A DNA stretch of 64,000 bases, taken from positions 13,430 through 77,429 of the forward strand of contig JAJDCB010000012.1 in assembly GCA_029261065.1 (NCBI GenBank), in the 5' to 3' direction. The position numbers and the translations under genes are program-made. The notes below the pieces were generated by a model, which was not told the origin of the DNA, did no database searches, and saw only the letters and a program-made list of their open reading frames with translations. Of the stretch, positions 27,805 to 37,599 are shown one piece after another. Numbering within the stretch: position 1 is the first letter of the stretch; each line of letters starts with the position of its first letter. This DNA is from Candidatus Omnitrophota bacterium (lineage in GTDB: Bacteria > Omnitrophota > Gorgyraeia > Zapsychrales > Zapsychraceae).

Positions 27805-29250
27805 TTAAGTTAATTGTGTTCGTTTTTTATGCCAAGGTGTTTGTTGTTCGTAGGTGTATCCAATTTTAAAAAGCATTTGTTCGTCAAAGGGTTTGGCCAT
27901 GATCTGTAGACCAATGGGCAAGCCGGCCTTGGAAAATCCACAAGGTAATGAGACCGCTGGAATGCCACTAAGGTTAGCTGAAATCGTAAAGATGTCAGAC
28001 AAATACATGCTTAGAGGATCTTTGGCTTTCTCCCCTATTTTAAAAGCTGTTGTTGGAGAGGTTGGCGTAATAATGGCATCACATTCTTCAAATACTTTAT
28101 CTAAATCATTTTTAATAAGTGTCCGCACCTTTAAGCCTTTTAAATAATAATCATCGTAATATCCTGAAGATAAGCAGTATGTTCCTAACATGACACGGCG
28201 TTTGGTCTCTTCTCCAAAACCTTGCGCGCGGGTTTCTTCATACATATCAACAAGTTTTGTTTTGCGAGTTTCTGAGGCCATTTTACGTTGACCATATTGA
28301 ACCCCATCATAGCGTGCTAAATTGGAACTGGCTTCAGCTGTTGCCACGATGTAATAAGTAGCAACCGCATATTCGGTGTGAGGTAATGAGACTTCTTGAA
28401 ACGATGCTCCCTGCTTCTTTAAAAGTTCAATGGCCTCATTAACGCCATCTTTGACTTCTGGATCAATACCATCAATAAAAAATTCTTTGGGAATTCCAAT
28501 CTTTAATCCTTTAACATCATTGACTAATGATTGGGTATAGTCAGGAACATCGATGTTAGCAGATGTTGAGTCCATAGGATCATAACCCGCTAAGATATTT
28601 AGTAATAAAGCTGAGTCTGTCATGTCTTTGGTAATGGGACCGATTTGATCAAGGCTCGAGGCAAAAGCAAGAAGTCCATAACGGGACACGCGTCCATAGG
28701 TTGGTTTAAGGCCAACAACACCACAAAATGAAGCCGGTTGACGTATTGAGCCTCCGGTATCAGATCCAATCGCCCAGATCGCTTCATTAGCAGCAACAGC
28801 GGCTGTGGATCCTCCGGATGATCCTCCAGGGACATGGTTTAAGTTCCAAGGATTATGTGTGACTCCGCATGAAGAATTTTCTGTAGAAGATCCAAAGGCA
28901 AATTCATCCATATTGGCATGACCTACAAAAATGGCACCAGTGTTTTTAAGTTTATCAATAACGGTAGCATTATAGGGTGCTGTAAATCCTTTTAGGATTT
29001 GGGATGAGCATGTGGTTTCTTTGTTTTCTATACAAATATTGTCTTTAATAGCGATTGGAATGGGGGTGCTTGCTGTCTCATCAATAGATGACGTCGTATC
29101 TTCTTTCGGGGCAACACGGACATAAGCGTTGACTTTGTCTTCAACTTTATCAATGTGCTCGTATGTCGCATTATACACATCAGAGGCGCTGCACTTTTTT
29201 GCTTTGATGTTCTCTAGAATTTCGTGAGCAGTCAATTCGTTATAATTCAT
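27805..29250 (-). CDS. gatA: Asp-tRNA(Asn)/Glu-tRNA(Gln) amidotransferase subunit A (amidase)
   Basis: Amidase signature GGSSGGSTAAVAA. 481 aa. Confidence 0.95.
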   Translation of the reverse strand: MNYNELTAHEILENIKAKKCSASDVYNATYEHIDKVEDKVNAYVRVAPKEDTTSSIDETASTPIPIAIKDNICIENKETTCSSQILKGFTAPYNATVIDKLKNTGAIFVGHANMDEFAFGSSTENSSCGVTHNPWNLNHVPGGSSGGSTAAVAANEAIWAIGSDTGGSIRQPASFCGVVGLKPTYGRVSRYGLLAFASSLDQIGPITKDMTDSALLLNILAGYDPMDSTSANIDVPDYTQSLVNDVKGLKIGIPKEFFIDGIDPEVKDGVNEAIELLKKQGASFQEVSLPHTEYAVATYYIVATAEASSNLARYDGVQYGQRKMASETRKTKLVDMYEETRAQGFGEETKRRVMLGTYCLSSGYYDDYYLKGLKVRTLIKNDLDKVFEECDAIITPTSPTTAFKIGEKAKDPLSMYLSDIFTISANLSGIPAVSLPCGFSKAGLPIGLQIMAKPFDEQMLFKIGYTYEQQTPWHKKRTQLT

Positions 29251-29531
29251 TCGATCACCTTGGGAACTTTAAAGGAGCCGTTATGTTGTTCAACAGAAAA
29301 CTTGAGAGCCTGTTCTTGTGTAAGAGAAGGTTTGATTTCATCATTGCGATATACGTTTTTTAAGGGAAGAACATGGCTTGTGGGCTTAACGTCTGAGACA
29401 TCTAACTGTTCTAGCTTTTTGACATAAGAGAGGATTTTTTCTAAATCTTTGGAAAATTGAGCTGTCTGTTCTTCATTGAGGTGAATGCGAGATAAACTGG
29501 CTATATATTTGACGTCTTTCTCTGTAAACAT
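29247..29531 (-). CDS. gatC: Asp-tRNA(Asn)/Glu-tRNA(Gln) amidotransferase subunit C
   Basis: 94 aa. Heads the gatCAB operon with 4-nt overlap to gatA. N-terminal EKDVKYIASLSRIHL is typical of GatC. Confidence 0.85.
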   Translation of the reverse strand: MFTEKDVKYIASLSRIHLNEEQTAQFSKDLEKILSYVKKLEQLDVSDVKPTSHVLPLKNVYRNDEIKPSLTQEQALKFSVEQHNGSFKVPKVIE

Positions 29532-29589
29532 GGTTACCCTATTATTCGTAATATTATTATTATTTTAGGAAAAATAAAATCATATGGTA

Positions 29590-29750
29590 GCATTCCTTTG
29601 GAGAAATCACAAGTAGAAAGTCTTGGTCTGCGGGAAGCTTGTGGCCGGCGCGGGGGCCGGCCAGTACTTGCGGCATTCAAGGGCGTCCTTTCTATGCGGC
29701 ATGTAGAGGCGCGTCTCCCCATTAGTGGCAATGCGCGAGTAGGGTGTTTT
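29590..29750. other. GC-rich (~65% GC) structured island in an AT-rich genome, candidate small ncRNA or structured element; contains a perfect hairpin GGCCGGC-GCGGGG-GCCGGCC at 29643-29662
   Basis: Direct inspection. Sharp compositional contrast with flanks. Lies between the gatC start and the thioesterase stop. No SRP, tmRNA or RNase P consensus motifs recognisable. Confidence 0.35.
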
Positions 29751-30135
29751 TTAAATCTTCGGGAATGGGTGTTGGTTTGAAATCTTTATTTAAGCTAACA
29801 AGATGAACTTCCGCTTCAACGAGGATTTTTTCTGATTCTTTATCAATAATGACTTGATCAAAAATGAGTTGGGCTGCTGTTATTTTTTTAAGTTTTGCAG
29901 AACATGAAATAGTGTCCCCATATCGAGCAGGACTTTTATAAACAAGGTTACATTTACGTACAGCATAGAGAAATTTTTGAGTGCGAAATAATTCAAGAGA
30001 CAGACCATGCGCGACTAAAAATTCTGTGCGAGCCTCCTCTAAATATCTTAAATATGTTCCGTAGTAAACAACGCCGCCAGCATCTGTATCATGATAATAA
30101 ATTTGTTTTTCCATGATGGGTATTTTTCTCCTCAT
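29722..30135 (-). CDS. YbgC/4HBT-type acyl-CoA thioesterase (hotdog fold)
   Basis: YYHDTDAGGVVYYGTYLRYLEEARTEFL N-terminal catalytic region typical of YbgC/FadM. Confidence 0.75.
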   Translation of the reverse strand: MRRKIPIMEKQIYYHDTDAGGVVYYGTYLRYLEEARTEFLVAHGLSLELFRTQKFLYAVRKCNLVYKSPARYGDTISCSAKLKKITAAQLIFDQVIIDKESEKILVEAEVHLVSLNKDFKPTPIPEDLKNTLLAHCH

Positions 30136-30340
30136 TTATATATTTATATTTATTATTATCTATATTATTTCATCCTTTACAATCATTAAATGATGGAGTT
30201 CGTAGTCAGAAATAGCGTCAATTTGCTTGTGTTACAATAGCTGAAATTTTACTAACAATAGAAAAGGTCGTGTGCTAGAATAAATCAATAAGAAACGATT
30301 TGTGATTGGCAGAATGTTGGCCAAACATAGGTATTGATAA

Positions 30341-30748
30341 TTGACAGTTGAGATGACAACAAATCCGAATTCTGAGCATGAAGACATGAGGTATTTTCCT
30401 CGATGGCTTGTTGAGAATCGAGTTTCCTTTCAATTGCATAGTGATCAAACCGAGTTTGATGGATCAACAAAAGATTTAAGCTGTTCTGGTATGTGCCTGT
30501 TAACAAATGCCCTCCTTCCCCTTAATGAACCCCTTAAATTTTCCATATTTTTAGATGAATCCCTCTCCATTGCTGTATTTGGTAAAGCTAAATGGGTCAA
30601 AAGTGATGGTCAATTAAGTCAGTTTGGGATCGTTTTTGAAGATATTCCGCAGGAAGATCAAGATTTAATCCTTGATTATGCTTTTGCTTTTAATAAAGAA
30701 GAACTTCTTAATCATTGGTTCAAAGGCTGGAACGAAAATCCCTCCTGA
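30341..30748 (+). CDS. stand-alone PilZ-domain (c-di-GMP receptor) protein
   Basis: RxxxR motif (RYFPRWL) and D/NxSxxG motif (DLSCSGM) at canonical spacing. Confidence 0.6.
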   Translation: MTVEMTTNPNSEHEDMRYFPRWLVENRVSFQLHSDQTEFDGSTKDLSCSGMCLLTNALLPLNEPLKFSIFLDESLSIAVFGKAKWVKSDGQLSQFGIVFEDIPQEDQDLILDYAFAFNKEELLNHWFKGWNENPS

Positions 30749-31530
30749 TAGCATAAATTTGCTAATTTTCCATAATCTTCTAGACTTAGATTTTCTGCCC
30801 TTGATTTAGGGTTGAGAGATAAACTATTAAGTAGCTCTGTGCAGCGTGATTTTTCAATGAAATGTCCAAGAGAGTTGACTATGGTCTTTCTTCGTTGCGC
30901 AAAAGCGCATCGAATAAGTCGAAATAAATACTCTTCATCTTTGACAGCAACGAGAGGCTTTTTTAAAGGTTTCATCTTTAGAAAGACAGATTCTACTTTA
31001 GGAATGGGAGAAAAGGCTGTGTTTTTGATGCGAAATAATAAGTCAATTTCACAGTAGTATTGAACAAAACAGCTAAGGGATCCATAATCTTTGGTGTTTG
31101 GTTGCGCGGCTAAACGTCTTCCAAATTCGAGTTGAACGGTCATAAAAAAGGAATCGAAACGATCCCGTTGTTCTAACATTTTTTCGATAATGGGTGAGCT
31201 GATATTATAGGGTAGGTTACCAACGATTTTATATTTTGTATCACTTTTTGGTATTTGATATTTTAGGATATCACCATGGATAATGGTGACAGATTCCGAG
31301 GGAAACTTATTCCTTAATTGATTTACAAAACGTTTATCTTTTTCTATGGCGATAAGCTCCTTTGAAGCATATGCCAAATCTTCCGTTAAGGCCCCTTTGC
31401 CAGGACCAATTTCTAAAATGATATCATTTTCATCTATGTGACAGGCCTTAATAATTTTTTGTTGAATACGCGTGCTTATAAGAAAGTTTTGCCCTAAATT
31501 TTTTTTGGCTTTGATTTTGTTTTTTGTCAT
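30712..31530 (-). CDS. rsmA: 16S rRNA (adenine1518/1519-N6)-dimethyltransferase
   Basis: LGQNFL motif. SAM-binding EIGPGKGALT. 272 aa. Confidence 0.9.
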   Translation of the reverse strand: MTKNKIKAKKNLGQNFLISTRIQQKIIKACHIDENDIILEIGPGKGALTEDLAYASKELIAIEKDKRFVNQLRNKFPSESVTIIHGDILKYQIPKSDTKYKIVGNLPYNISSPIIEKMLEQRDRFDSFFMTVQLEFGRRLAAQPNTKDYGSLSCFVQYYCEIDLLFRIKNTAFSPIPKVESVFLKMKPLKKPLVAVKDEEYLFRLIRCAFAQRRKTIVNSLGHFIEKSRCTELLNSLSLNPKSRAENLSLEDYGKLANLCYQEGFSFQPLNQ

Positions 31531-32468
31531 GAACTTAGTTTTGCTGTTAATCTGATGGCTTCCATCAATGAGGTAGGATCAGCCTTATTTTGACCTGCAA
31601 TGTCAAAAGCTGTTCCATGAGATGGTGATGTTCTGATAAAGGGAAGTCCGATGGTTAAATTAACTAATTTATGAAAGTATAAGGCTTTTATGGGTGTCAG
31701 TCCTTGGTCATGATACATTGTGATAATGGCATCAAATCGATTTAATTGATGAGGTGTAAATAAGGTATCGGCCGCAAAGGGCCCTTGAATCGATATCTTT
31801 TTTTTCTTAGCCTCTTTGATCGCCGGAATAATTTGGGTGATCTCCTCTCCACCAATCTCTCCCTCCTCGCCTGCATGTGGATTGAGTCCTGATATGCCAA
31901 GTTTTGGGTTTTTAAGTTTAAAGTATTTTTTTAAATATTGATGAGTTAGTACTATGGCTTCAAACACTTTTTTTCTTTTTATCTGAGCGGCGACATCCTT
32001 TAAGGGTAGATGTCGCGTTATAATTAGAGTTTTTATCTCTTTGACACAAAATAACATACCAATCTGTTTGGATTTAAAAGCCTCTTGTAAGTATTCCGTA
32101 TGGCCTTGAAAATGTTTATAAGAAAGACAAACGGTTTTTTTTGATAGAGGTGCTGTGACAAGTCCATCGATTGTTTGATTTTTGATGGCTGCAATAGCAT
32201 GATTCAAATAATTGAGTGAGGCCTCTCCTGTCAAAGTTGAAGGTTTACCAAGCTTCCATTTGTTTGGATGAGTAATTGGATCAACGATAGTTACATTGCG
32301 GTATGATTGTAATCCTTGGGCTTTAAGAAGTTTGGTATCGCCAAAAATGGTGAAATTGGCTAATGGGCGGATAGAGCGATGAGTCAAGGCCTTAACAATA
32401 ATTTCTGCCCCAATGCCTGCTGGATCCCCCATCGTAATACCGATTGTTTTTTTTGTCATAAGATACAC
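31527..32468 (-). CDS. pdxA: 4-hydroxythreonine-4-phosphate dehydrogenase
   Basis: ITMGDPAGIGAEI N-terminus. Conserved surA-pdxA-rsmA synteny. Confidence 0.9.
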   Translation of the reverse strand: MYLMTKKTIGITMGDPAGIGAEIIVKALTHRSIRPLANFTIFGDTKLLKAQGLQSYRNVTIVDPITHPNKWKLGKPSTLTGEASLNYLNHAIAAIKNQTIDGLVTAPLSKKTVCLSYKHFQGHTEYLQEAFKSKQIGMLFCVKEIKTLIITRHLPLKDVAAQIKRKKVFEAIVLTHQYLKKYFKLKNPKLGISGLNPHAGEEGEIGGEEITQIIPAIKEAKKKKISIQGPFAADTLFTPHQLNRFDAIITMYHDQGLTPIKALYFHKLVNLTIGLPFIRTSPSHGTAFDIAGQNKADPTSLMEAIRLTAKLSS

Positions 32469-32493
32469 ATCAAAAGAATGTTATGCCAAGGGA

Positions 32494-33426
32494 TTATTTT
32501 TTAATTTCGATATAGGCTTCTTTTTTAAGTTTAGCAAGCCAGGCTGTAAATTTTTCTTTGAATTTTTCTCGAAATAGAAAAGTTTGAACAGATTCTTTAA
32601 TGTCTTCTAAAGCAGAGATTTGGGCGGGGATATAGTCTTGGCATTTGAAAATATAAACACCAAGATCTGTTTCCACAAGGGGTGAGATCTCTCCAATATT
32701 GAGTTTAAATATGGTGTTTTCTATCTTTTCCTGTAATTGACCGCGTTGTACCAAACCAATGGATGGGGCATCAGAAAACTCTTGGGCGACTTCAGTAAAT
32801 TCGGTTCCTGATTTAATAGCCTCTAAGGCTTGATTAGCTTTTTTCATAGCCTTAATTTTATTCTCTTCAAAAGCGATAAAAATGGATTCAAGTTTCATTT
32901 GCTCTTGTTCCATAAATTGTTTATTATTTTTTTTATAATAATTGGTTACTTCCTTAGGGTTTACAAATACTTTTGAGCGTACTTCATGATCGATTACAAA
33001 TTGAATTTTCATCTGGTTTTTTACTTTATTTTTTAAGTCAGAAATTGTGGCCCCATTTTTTACAAGGGCTTCAATAAAGGCATTTTCGGAAGGATATTTC
33101 TTTTTGATTTTTTCAACCCGTTCATCTATGGAGGCGTCCCTTACTTCCAGACCAATAGTGTTCGCTTTGCTTAAAATAAGTTTATCTTCTATGAGTTTAT
33201 TGACACCATTAATTTCAAGTTCGATCATAATGGATTTTATTTCTTCATCTCCTACCCCTTCAGCAACTAAACTGACATACGTAGAATGGACATAATCTTT
33301 AAGATCTTTTAAAGTAATGATCTCATCATTAACGATGGCAATGATGGCATCTTCCAGAGCAAAGCAGCTGGTTGTTGTTAGTAAGAGTGTTAATGTCGCG
33401 ATAATAATATTTTTAATTTTTAGCAT
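32494..33426 (-). CDS. surA: SurA-like periplasmic chaperone / parvulin-type peptidyl-prolyl isomerase
   Basis: Signal peptide. N-terminal SurA_N-like region. One PpiC domain. Sits upstream of pdxA-rsmA as in Proteobacteria. Confidence 0.7.
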   Translation of the reverse strand: MLKIKNIIIATLTLLLTTTSCFALEDAIIAIVNDEIITLKDLKDYVHSTYVSLVAEGVGDEEIKSIMIELEINGVNKLIEDKLILSKANTIGLEVRDASIDERVEKIKKKYPSENAFIEALVKNGATISDLKNKVKNQMKIQFVIDHEVRSKVFVNPKEVTNYYKKNNKQFMEQEQMKLESIFIAFEENKIKAMKKANQALEAIKSGTEFTEVAQEFSDAPSIGLVQRGQLQEKIENTIFKLNIGEISPLVETDLGVYIFKCQDYIPAQISALEDIKESVQTFLFREKFKEKFTAWLAKLKKEAYIEIKK

Positions 33427-35353
33427 GTTTAATCACATCTTTCGGTTTTTGTTTTTCGTTTTTAATATTTTCAATAGATTCTTTAAGCAGCCTACAGTAT
33501 AAATCAAATCCAACTGAGGCGATATATCCTGATTGTTCTTGACCTAATAGGTTTCCAGCTCCTCTAATTTGTAAGTCTTCAAAGGCAATCTGAAAACCGG
33601 ACCCTAATCCTTTGTATTTTTCGATAACTTCAATTCTTGATTTCGCTTTATCTGATAAATGTTTCTTTTTAGGGACAACAAAATAGGCGTAAGCTTGCTT
33701 TTCAGACCTTCCTACACGTCCTCTTAACTGATGGAGTTCAGATAACCCAAAACGGTCAGAGCGGTTAATAATCAGCGTATTGGCGTTTGGAATATCAATC
33801 CCTGACTCTATTATAGTCGTACAAATCAAAATATCAATTTTCCCTTCCAAAAAGTTAATCATGATCTCCTCTAACCTTTTTGGAGCCATTTGGCCATGGG
33901 CAATAGCGACGTTGCCCTTTTTGACTAAATCTTTTACTATTTTACCAATACGATCAATATCTTCAACACGATTATGCAAAAAGAAGACTTGCCCCTTTCG
34001 TTTTAGCTCTTTGTTGATCGCCTTTAAAATGATTTTTTCGTCAAATTCAATGATTTCAGTCTTAACAGGCAGTCTATGTTGGGGAGGTGTTGAAATAACA
34101 GACATGTCTTTAGCGCCACTCATGGCCATATAAAGTGTTCTTGGAATGGGGGTGGCTGTGAGGGTGAGGATATCCGCGAGGAGCCGTAAGTGTTTTAACT
34201 TTTCTTTCGCTTTAACGCCAAAGCGTTGTTCTTCATCAATAACAATAAGTCCTAGATCCTTAAAAGAGATGTCTTTGGAGAGCAAACGATGGGTTCCAAT
34301 AACAATATCGACTGTACCTGCTTGTAAGTCTTTTATTATGGCTGTCTGTTCGGCTTTGGTGCGAAAGCGACTTAACATAGCCACTTTAATGGGAAAATTT
34401 TTCATGCGTGTTTTGAAATTATAAAAATGTTGTTCTGCCAAAATAGTTGTTGGAACAAGAACGGCGACTTGTTTATTATCCATAACAGCTTTAAAGACAG
34501 CACGAAGAGCAACTTCTGTTTTGCCATAACCGACATCTCCACATACAAGTCGATCCATAGGTGAGATTGATTCCATGTCAGATTTAACTTCTTGAGTGGA
34601 TTTTATTTGATCTTGGGTTTCTTGGAAGGGAAATGTTTTTTCGAACTCAGTTTGCCAATCAGCATCTTTAGAAAACGAAAAACCTTTAAGGCTTGCTCGG
34701 ATTGCTTGAATGCGTATCATCTCAGCTGCTAGACGCTGTAATCGTTTCTGAATTTGGGCGCGAATCCGTTTCCATTCTTTATTTCCTAGTTTAAAAAGAC
34801 GCGGAGGTTTTTTCGTAAAACTAACATATTTTTGAATAAGTTTTATGTCATGCTTAGGGACATAAAGTTTATCTCCTCCCTCATATTCGATAACAAGATG
34901 TTCTAACTTTTTATTTTCTTTATCGATGTGTTCAATACCTAAGTATTTCCCAACACCATGGTTGTTGTGAACAACATAGTCGCCATCACGAATATCGATG
35001 AAGTTGGATAAAGGAACTTCACTTGTAAAGACATCGGTCGTATTACTTCGTTTAAAAGGAATAATGATAATGATGTTATGTTGCCAAATAGATTTTCCTG
35101 TTTCTATATTGATGCTTGCAATTTTTATGATTTTTTCATCATCAAAATCAATACGGACGGGTCCATCAAAACCTGCTGGATAAATTTCAATGAGCCCTCC
35201 TAACTGACTAAATTCACCCTGGGCGTAAGCGCGTTTGGCTTTTTTGTATTTGAAGTTTACGAGATGAGTAAGGACAGATTCAAGATCTATGGTTTGTCCT
35301 ACGAAGAGTTCGAGTGATTTAAACATAATGCGCATAAACAACAATATCCTCAC
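33413..35353 (-). CDS. mfd: transcription-repair coupling factor, minimal form (RNAP-interacting domain + translocase; lacks the UvrB-homology/UvrA-binding module and C-terminal D7)
   Basis: CarD/TRCF RID (DGDYVVHNNHGVGKYLGIE...KLYVP). SF2 motifs CGDVGYGKTEVALRA and DEEQRFG. TRG-like motif near the C-terminus. Only 646 aa, against ~1150 aa for canonical Mfd. Only 41 nt separate it from the secDF stop upstream. Confidence 0.85.
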   Translation of the reverse strand: MRILLFMRIMFKSLELFVGQTIDLESVLTHLVNFKYKKAKRAYAQGEFSQLGGLIEIYPAGFDGPVRIDFDDEKIIKIASINIETGKSIWQHNIIIIIPFKRSNTTDVFTSEVPLSNFIDIRDGDYVVHNNHGVGKYLGIEHIDKENKKLEHLVIEYEGGDKLYVPKHDIKLIQKYVSFTKKPPRLFKLGNKEWKRIRAQIQKRLQRLAAEMIRIQAIRASLKGFSFSKDADWQTEFEKTFPFQETQDQIKSTQEVKSDMESISPMDRLVCGDVGYGKTEVALRAVFKAVMDNKQVAVLVPTTILAEQHFYNFKTRMKNFPIKVAMLSRFRTKAEQTAIIKDLQAGTVDIVIGTHRLLSKDISFKDLGLIVIDEEQRFGVKAKEKLKHLRLLADILTLTATPIPRTLYMAMSGAKDMSVISTPPQHRLPVKTEIIEFDEKIILKAINKELKRKGQVFFLHNRVEDIDRIGKIVKDLVKKGNVAIAHGQMAPKRLEEIMINFLEGKIDILICTTIIESGIDIPNANTLIINRSDRFGLSELHQLRGRVGRSEKQAYAYFVVPKKKHLSDKAKSRIEVIEKYKGLGSGFQIAFEDLQIRGAGNLLGQEQSGYIASVGFDLYCRLLKESIENIKNEKQKPKDVIKHAKN

Positions 35354-35394
35354 ATAGAAATGTCAGGATAGGTTAATAAAGTAAATAGGCTAAA

Positions 35395-37599
35395 TTATTT
35401 TTTTCTTTTTTCCCACGCCAGTACAAGCGGAGAAGCGATGAAGACGGTGGAATAGGTACCAGCGATGAATCCAATGATCAGACAAAGGGCAAAAGTATTT
35501 AATACCTCGCCTCCTTTTAAGAACAATGTGACCACAACTAAAAGAGTTGTTATTGTCGTAAGAATCGTTCTTCCAAGCGTTTGGTTGATACTCGTATTTA
35601 TAACTTCAGATAAATTTTTTCGTCCACCCTTTGCCATGTTTTCACGAATACGATCATAAATTATAATGGTGTCATTAATGGAATAACCTGCAATAGTTAA
35701 AAGAGCTGTGATGACTAAGAGATCGACTTGTCGGCCCAGGATAACTAATATTCCAAGAGAAATAAAGACATCGTGCAATAAAGCGATAATACCAGCTGTT
35801 GCAAAATCAAAATGTTTAAAGCGAAAACCGACATAAATGAGAATACCACCAAGGGCGAAAATGATGGCTAAGAGAGCTGCTTTTCTTAAGGCTTTTCCAA
35901 CAACAGGTCCCACTTGTTCAATACGAAGGCGTTCAAATCCATTGTTGGGAAAGGCGTTACGGAGGCCTTCTTCAATGGAAGCTGTGGTATCAGCCCCATG
36001 AGAGGTTCGTATGATGACATTTTCTGGGAATTGATCAAACTGTTGAATGATAGCTTCGTCTAAACCAACTTTTTTTAAAACACCTCTTAGATCGTCTGTC
36101 TCAATCGGTGTCTGAAAACGGTATTCTTGAATCTGTCCTCCGACAAAATCAATGCCGTAGGCCTTCGATCCTTTTTGTGCTAAGACAACAAAGCTTGCAA
36201 TGACTAATACGATGGATATGACAAAACAAATCATTCGTTTGGAAACAAAGTTGATTTTTGTTTGTTTAAAAAAAGAAAGCATAGGTAATGTATTAAGCAG
36301 CCCGGCATTATAGGCTAATAAAAATATCGTTTTCGTAACAAAAAGAGCAGTAAACAAACTAGCCATTAAACCAATAGATAACGTGACGGCAAATCCTTTG
36401 ATCGGACCTGAACCAAATTGAAATAACATAAAAGCGGCGATTAGAGTTGTTGTATTAGAGTCAATAATGGCCTTTAAGGCACGACTAAAACCATTATTGA
36501 TAGCTCCCTGGATAGGATTACCATTTACAATTTCTTCTCTGATTCGCTCATTAATTAAGACATTAGCATCAACGGCCATTCCTAGTGTCAAAATAATCCC
36601 TGCAATACCAGGTAAAGTTAATGTTAATTGAGATTGGGGTAGCATCGCATTTAGAAAACCCATACTTCCAAATATGAGTAATAGATTAAGAAGTAAGGAG
36701 ATATTAGAAATTATTCCAGCTTTCAGATAATAAATACCCATAAAAATAAATAACAAGATCATTCCCGTTAGGGTTGCGTTTATACCCGCTTTAATCGAAT
36801 CACTTCCCAAGAGAGGTCCTATGGTCCTTTCTTCTTCTAAAATGAGTGGAGCTGGAAGAGCACCGGAACGAAGCGATAACGCCAAAATCGCGGCTTCATC
36901 AAAACTAAAGTCACCTGAAATTTGACCACTGCCACCTAAAATAGGCTCCTTAATGTTAGGGGCTGATAAAACTTCGTCATCCAAAACAATGGCTAATCTT
37001 TTTCCTACTGATTTTTCTGTAACTTTGGCAAATTGTTTGCTGCCATCAGAGTTAAAAGTAATTGAAATTCTTGGTTGGCTTGTAAATTGATCAAAGTCAA
37101 CGCGCGCATCAGACACGGTCTCTCCACTTAAAGCTACTTTTTTCTCAAGTAAGATGGGTTCGTTGTCTTCTTTTTTAATATATTTCAACATGTAGCCTCT
37201 AGGAATTTGACCCTTAATGGCTTCTTGTAATTTTTGAGGGTTATCATTGACAATATAAAAATTGAGTTTGGCGGTAGTTCCAATCATGGATAAAGCAGAT
37301 TCGCGATCGGTGACACCAGGAAGTTGAATGAGGATTTGATATTCGCCTTGGCGCTGAATGACGGGTTCGGCGACCCCCATGCCATCAATACGGTTTCGTA
37401 AGATTTCAATCGCACGAAGAACAGCATCTTTTTTGGCATTGTCATCTAGTTGATCAGCATCAACACGATAAATAAGATGCATCCCCCCTTTTAAGTCAAG
37501 GCCGAGATTGATGTGTTTTTGAACTGGAAATGTAAAATATATCGATGCGCCAATGACGCAGAGGATAAGGATTAATTTGTTACGAAGATTTTTGGTCAT
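35395..37599 (-). CDS. secDF: fused protein translocase subunit SecD-SecF
   Basis: 734 aa. Two six-TM SecD/SecF modules. Large periplasmic P1 domain. Confidence 0.9.
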   Translation of the reverse strand: MTKNLRNKLILILCVIGASIYFTFPVQKHINLGLDLKGGMHLIYRVDADQLDDNAKKDAVLRAIEILRNRIDGMGVAEPVIQRQGEYQILIQLPGVTDRESALSMIGTTAKLNFYIVNDNPQKLQEAIKGQIPRGYMLKYIKKEDNEPILLEKKVALSGETVSDARVDFDQFTSQPRISITFNSDGSKQFAKVTEKSVGKRLAIVLDDEVLSAPNIKEPILGGSGQISGDFSFDEAAILALSLRSGALPAPLILEEERTIGPLLGSDSIKAGINATLTGMILLFIFMGIYYLKAGIISNISLLLNLLLIFGSMGFLNAMLPQSQLTLTLPGIAGIILTLGMAVDANVLINERIREEIVNGNPIQGAINNGFSRALKAIIDSNTTTLIAAFMLFQFGSGPIKGFAVTLSIGLMASLFTALFVTKTIFLLAYNAGLLNTLPMLSFFKQTKINFVSKRMICFVISIVLVIASFVVLAQKGSKAYGIDFVGGQIQEYRFQTPIETDDLRGVLKKVGLDEAIIQQFDQFPENVIIRTSHGADTTASIEEGLRNAFPNNGFERLRIEQVGPVVGKALRKAALLAIIFALGGILIYVGFRFKHFDFATAGIIALLHDVFISLGILVILGRQVDLLVITALLTIAGYSINDTIIIYDRIRENMAKGGRKNLSEVINTSINQTLGRTILTTITTLLVVVTLFLKGGEVLNTFALCLIIGFIAGTYSTVFIASPLVLAWEKRKK

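Noticed and set aside
29534-29731. 65-aa Arg/Pro-rich ORF
   Set aside because: Falls inside the GC-rich island. The composition-driven open frame is expected from high GC. No start context.
29590-29750. Identification of the GC-rich island as SRP RNA, tmRNA, RNase P RNA or 6S RNA
   Set aside because: I looked for the SRP domain IV GGAA tetraloop and AGCAGCC/GGCAG context, the tmRNA 5' GGGG...UUCGACG and 3' tRNA-like end, and RNase P P4 motifs on both strands, and found none. The element is too short for RNase P or tmRNA. Left as an unassigned candidate ncRNA.
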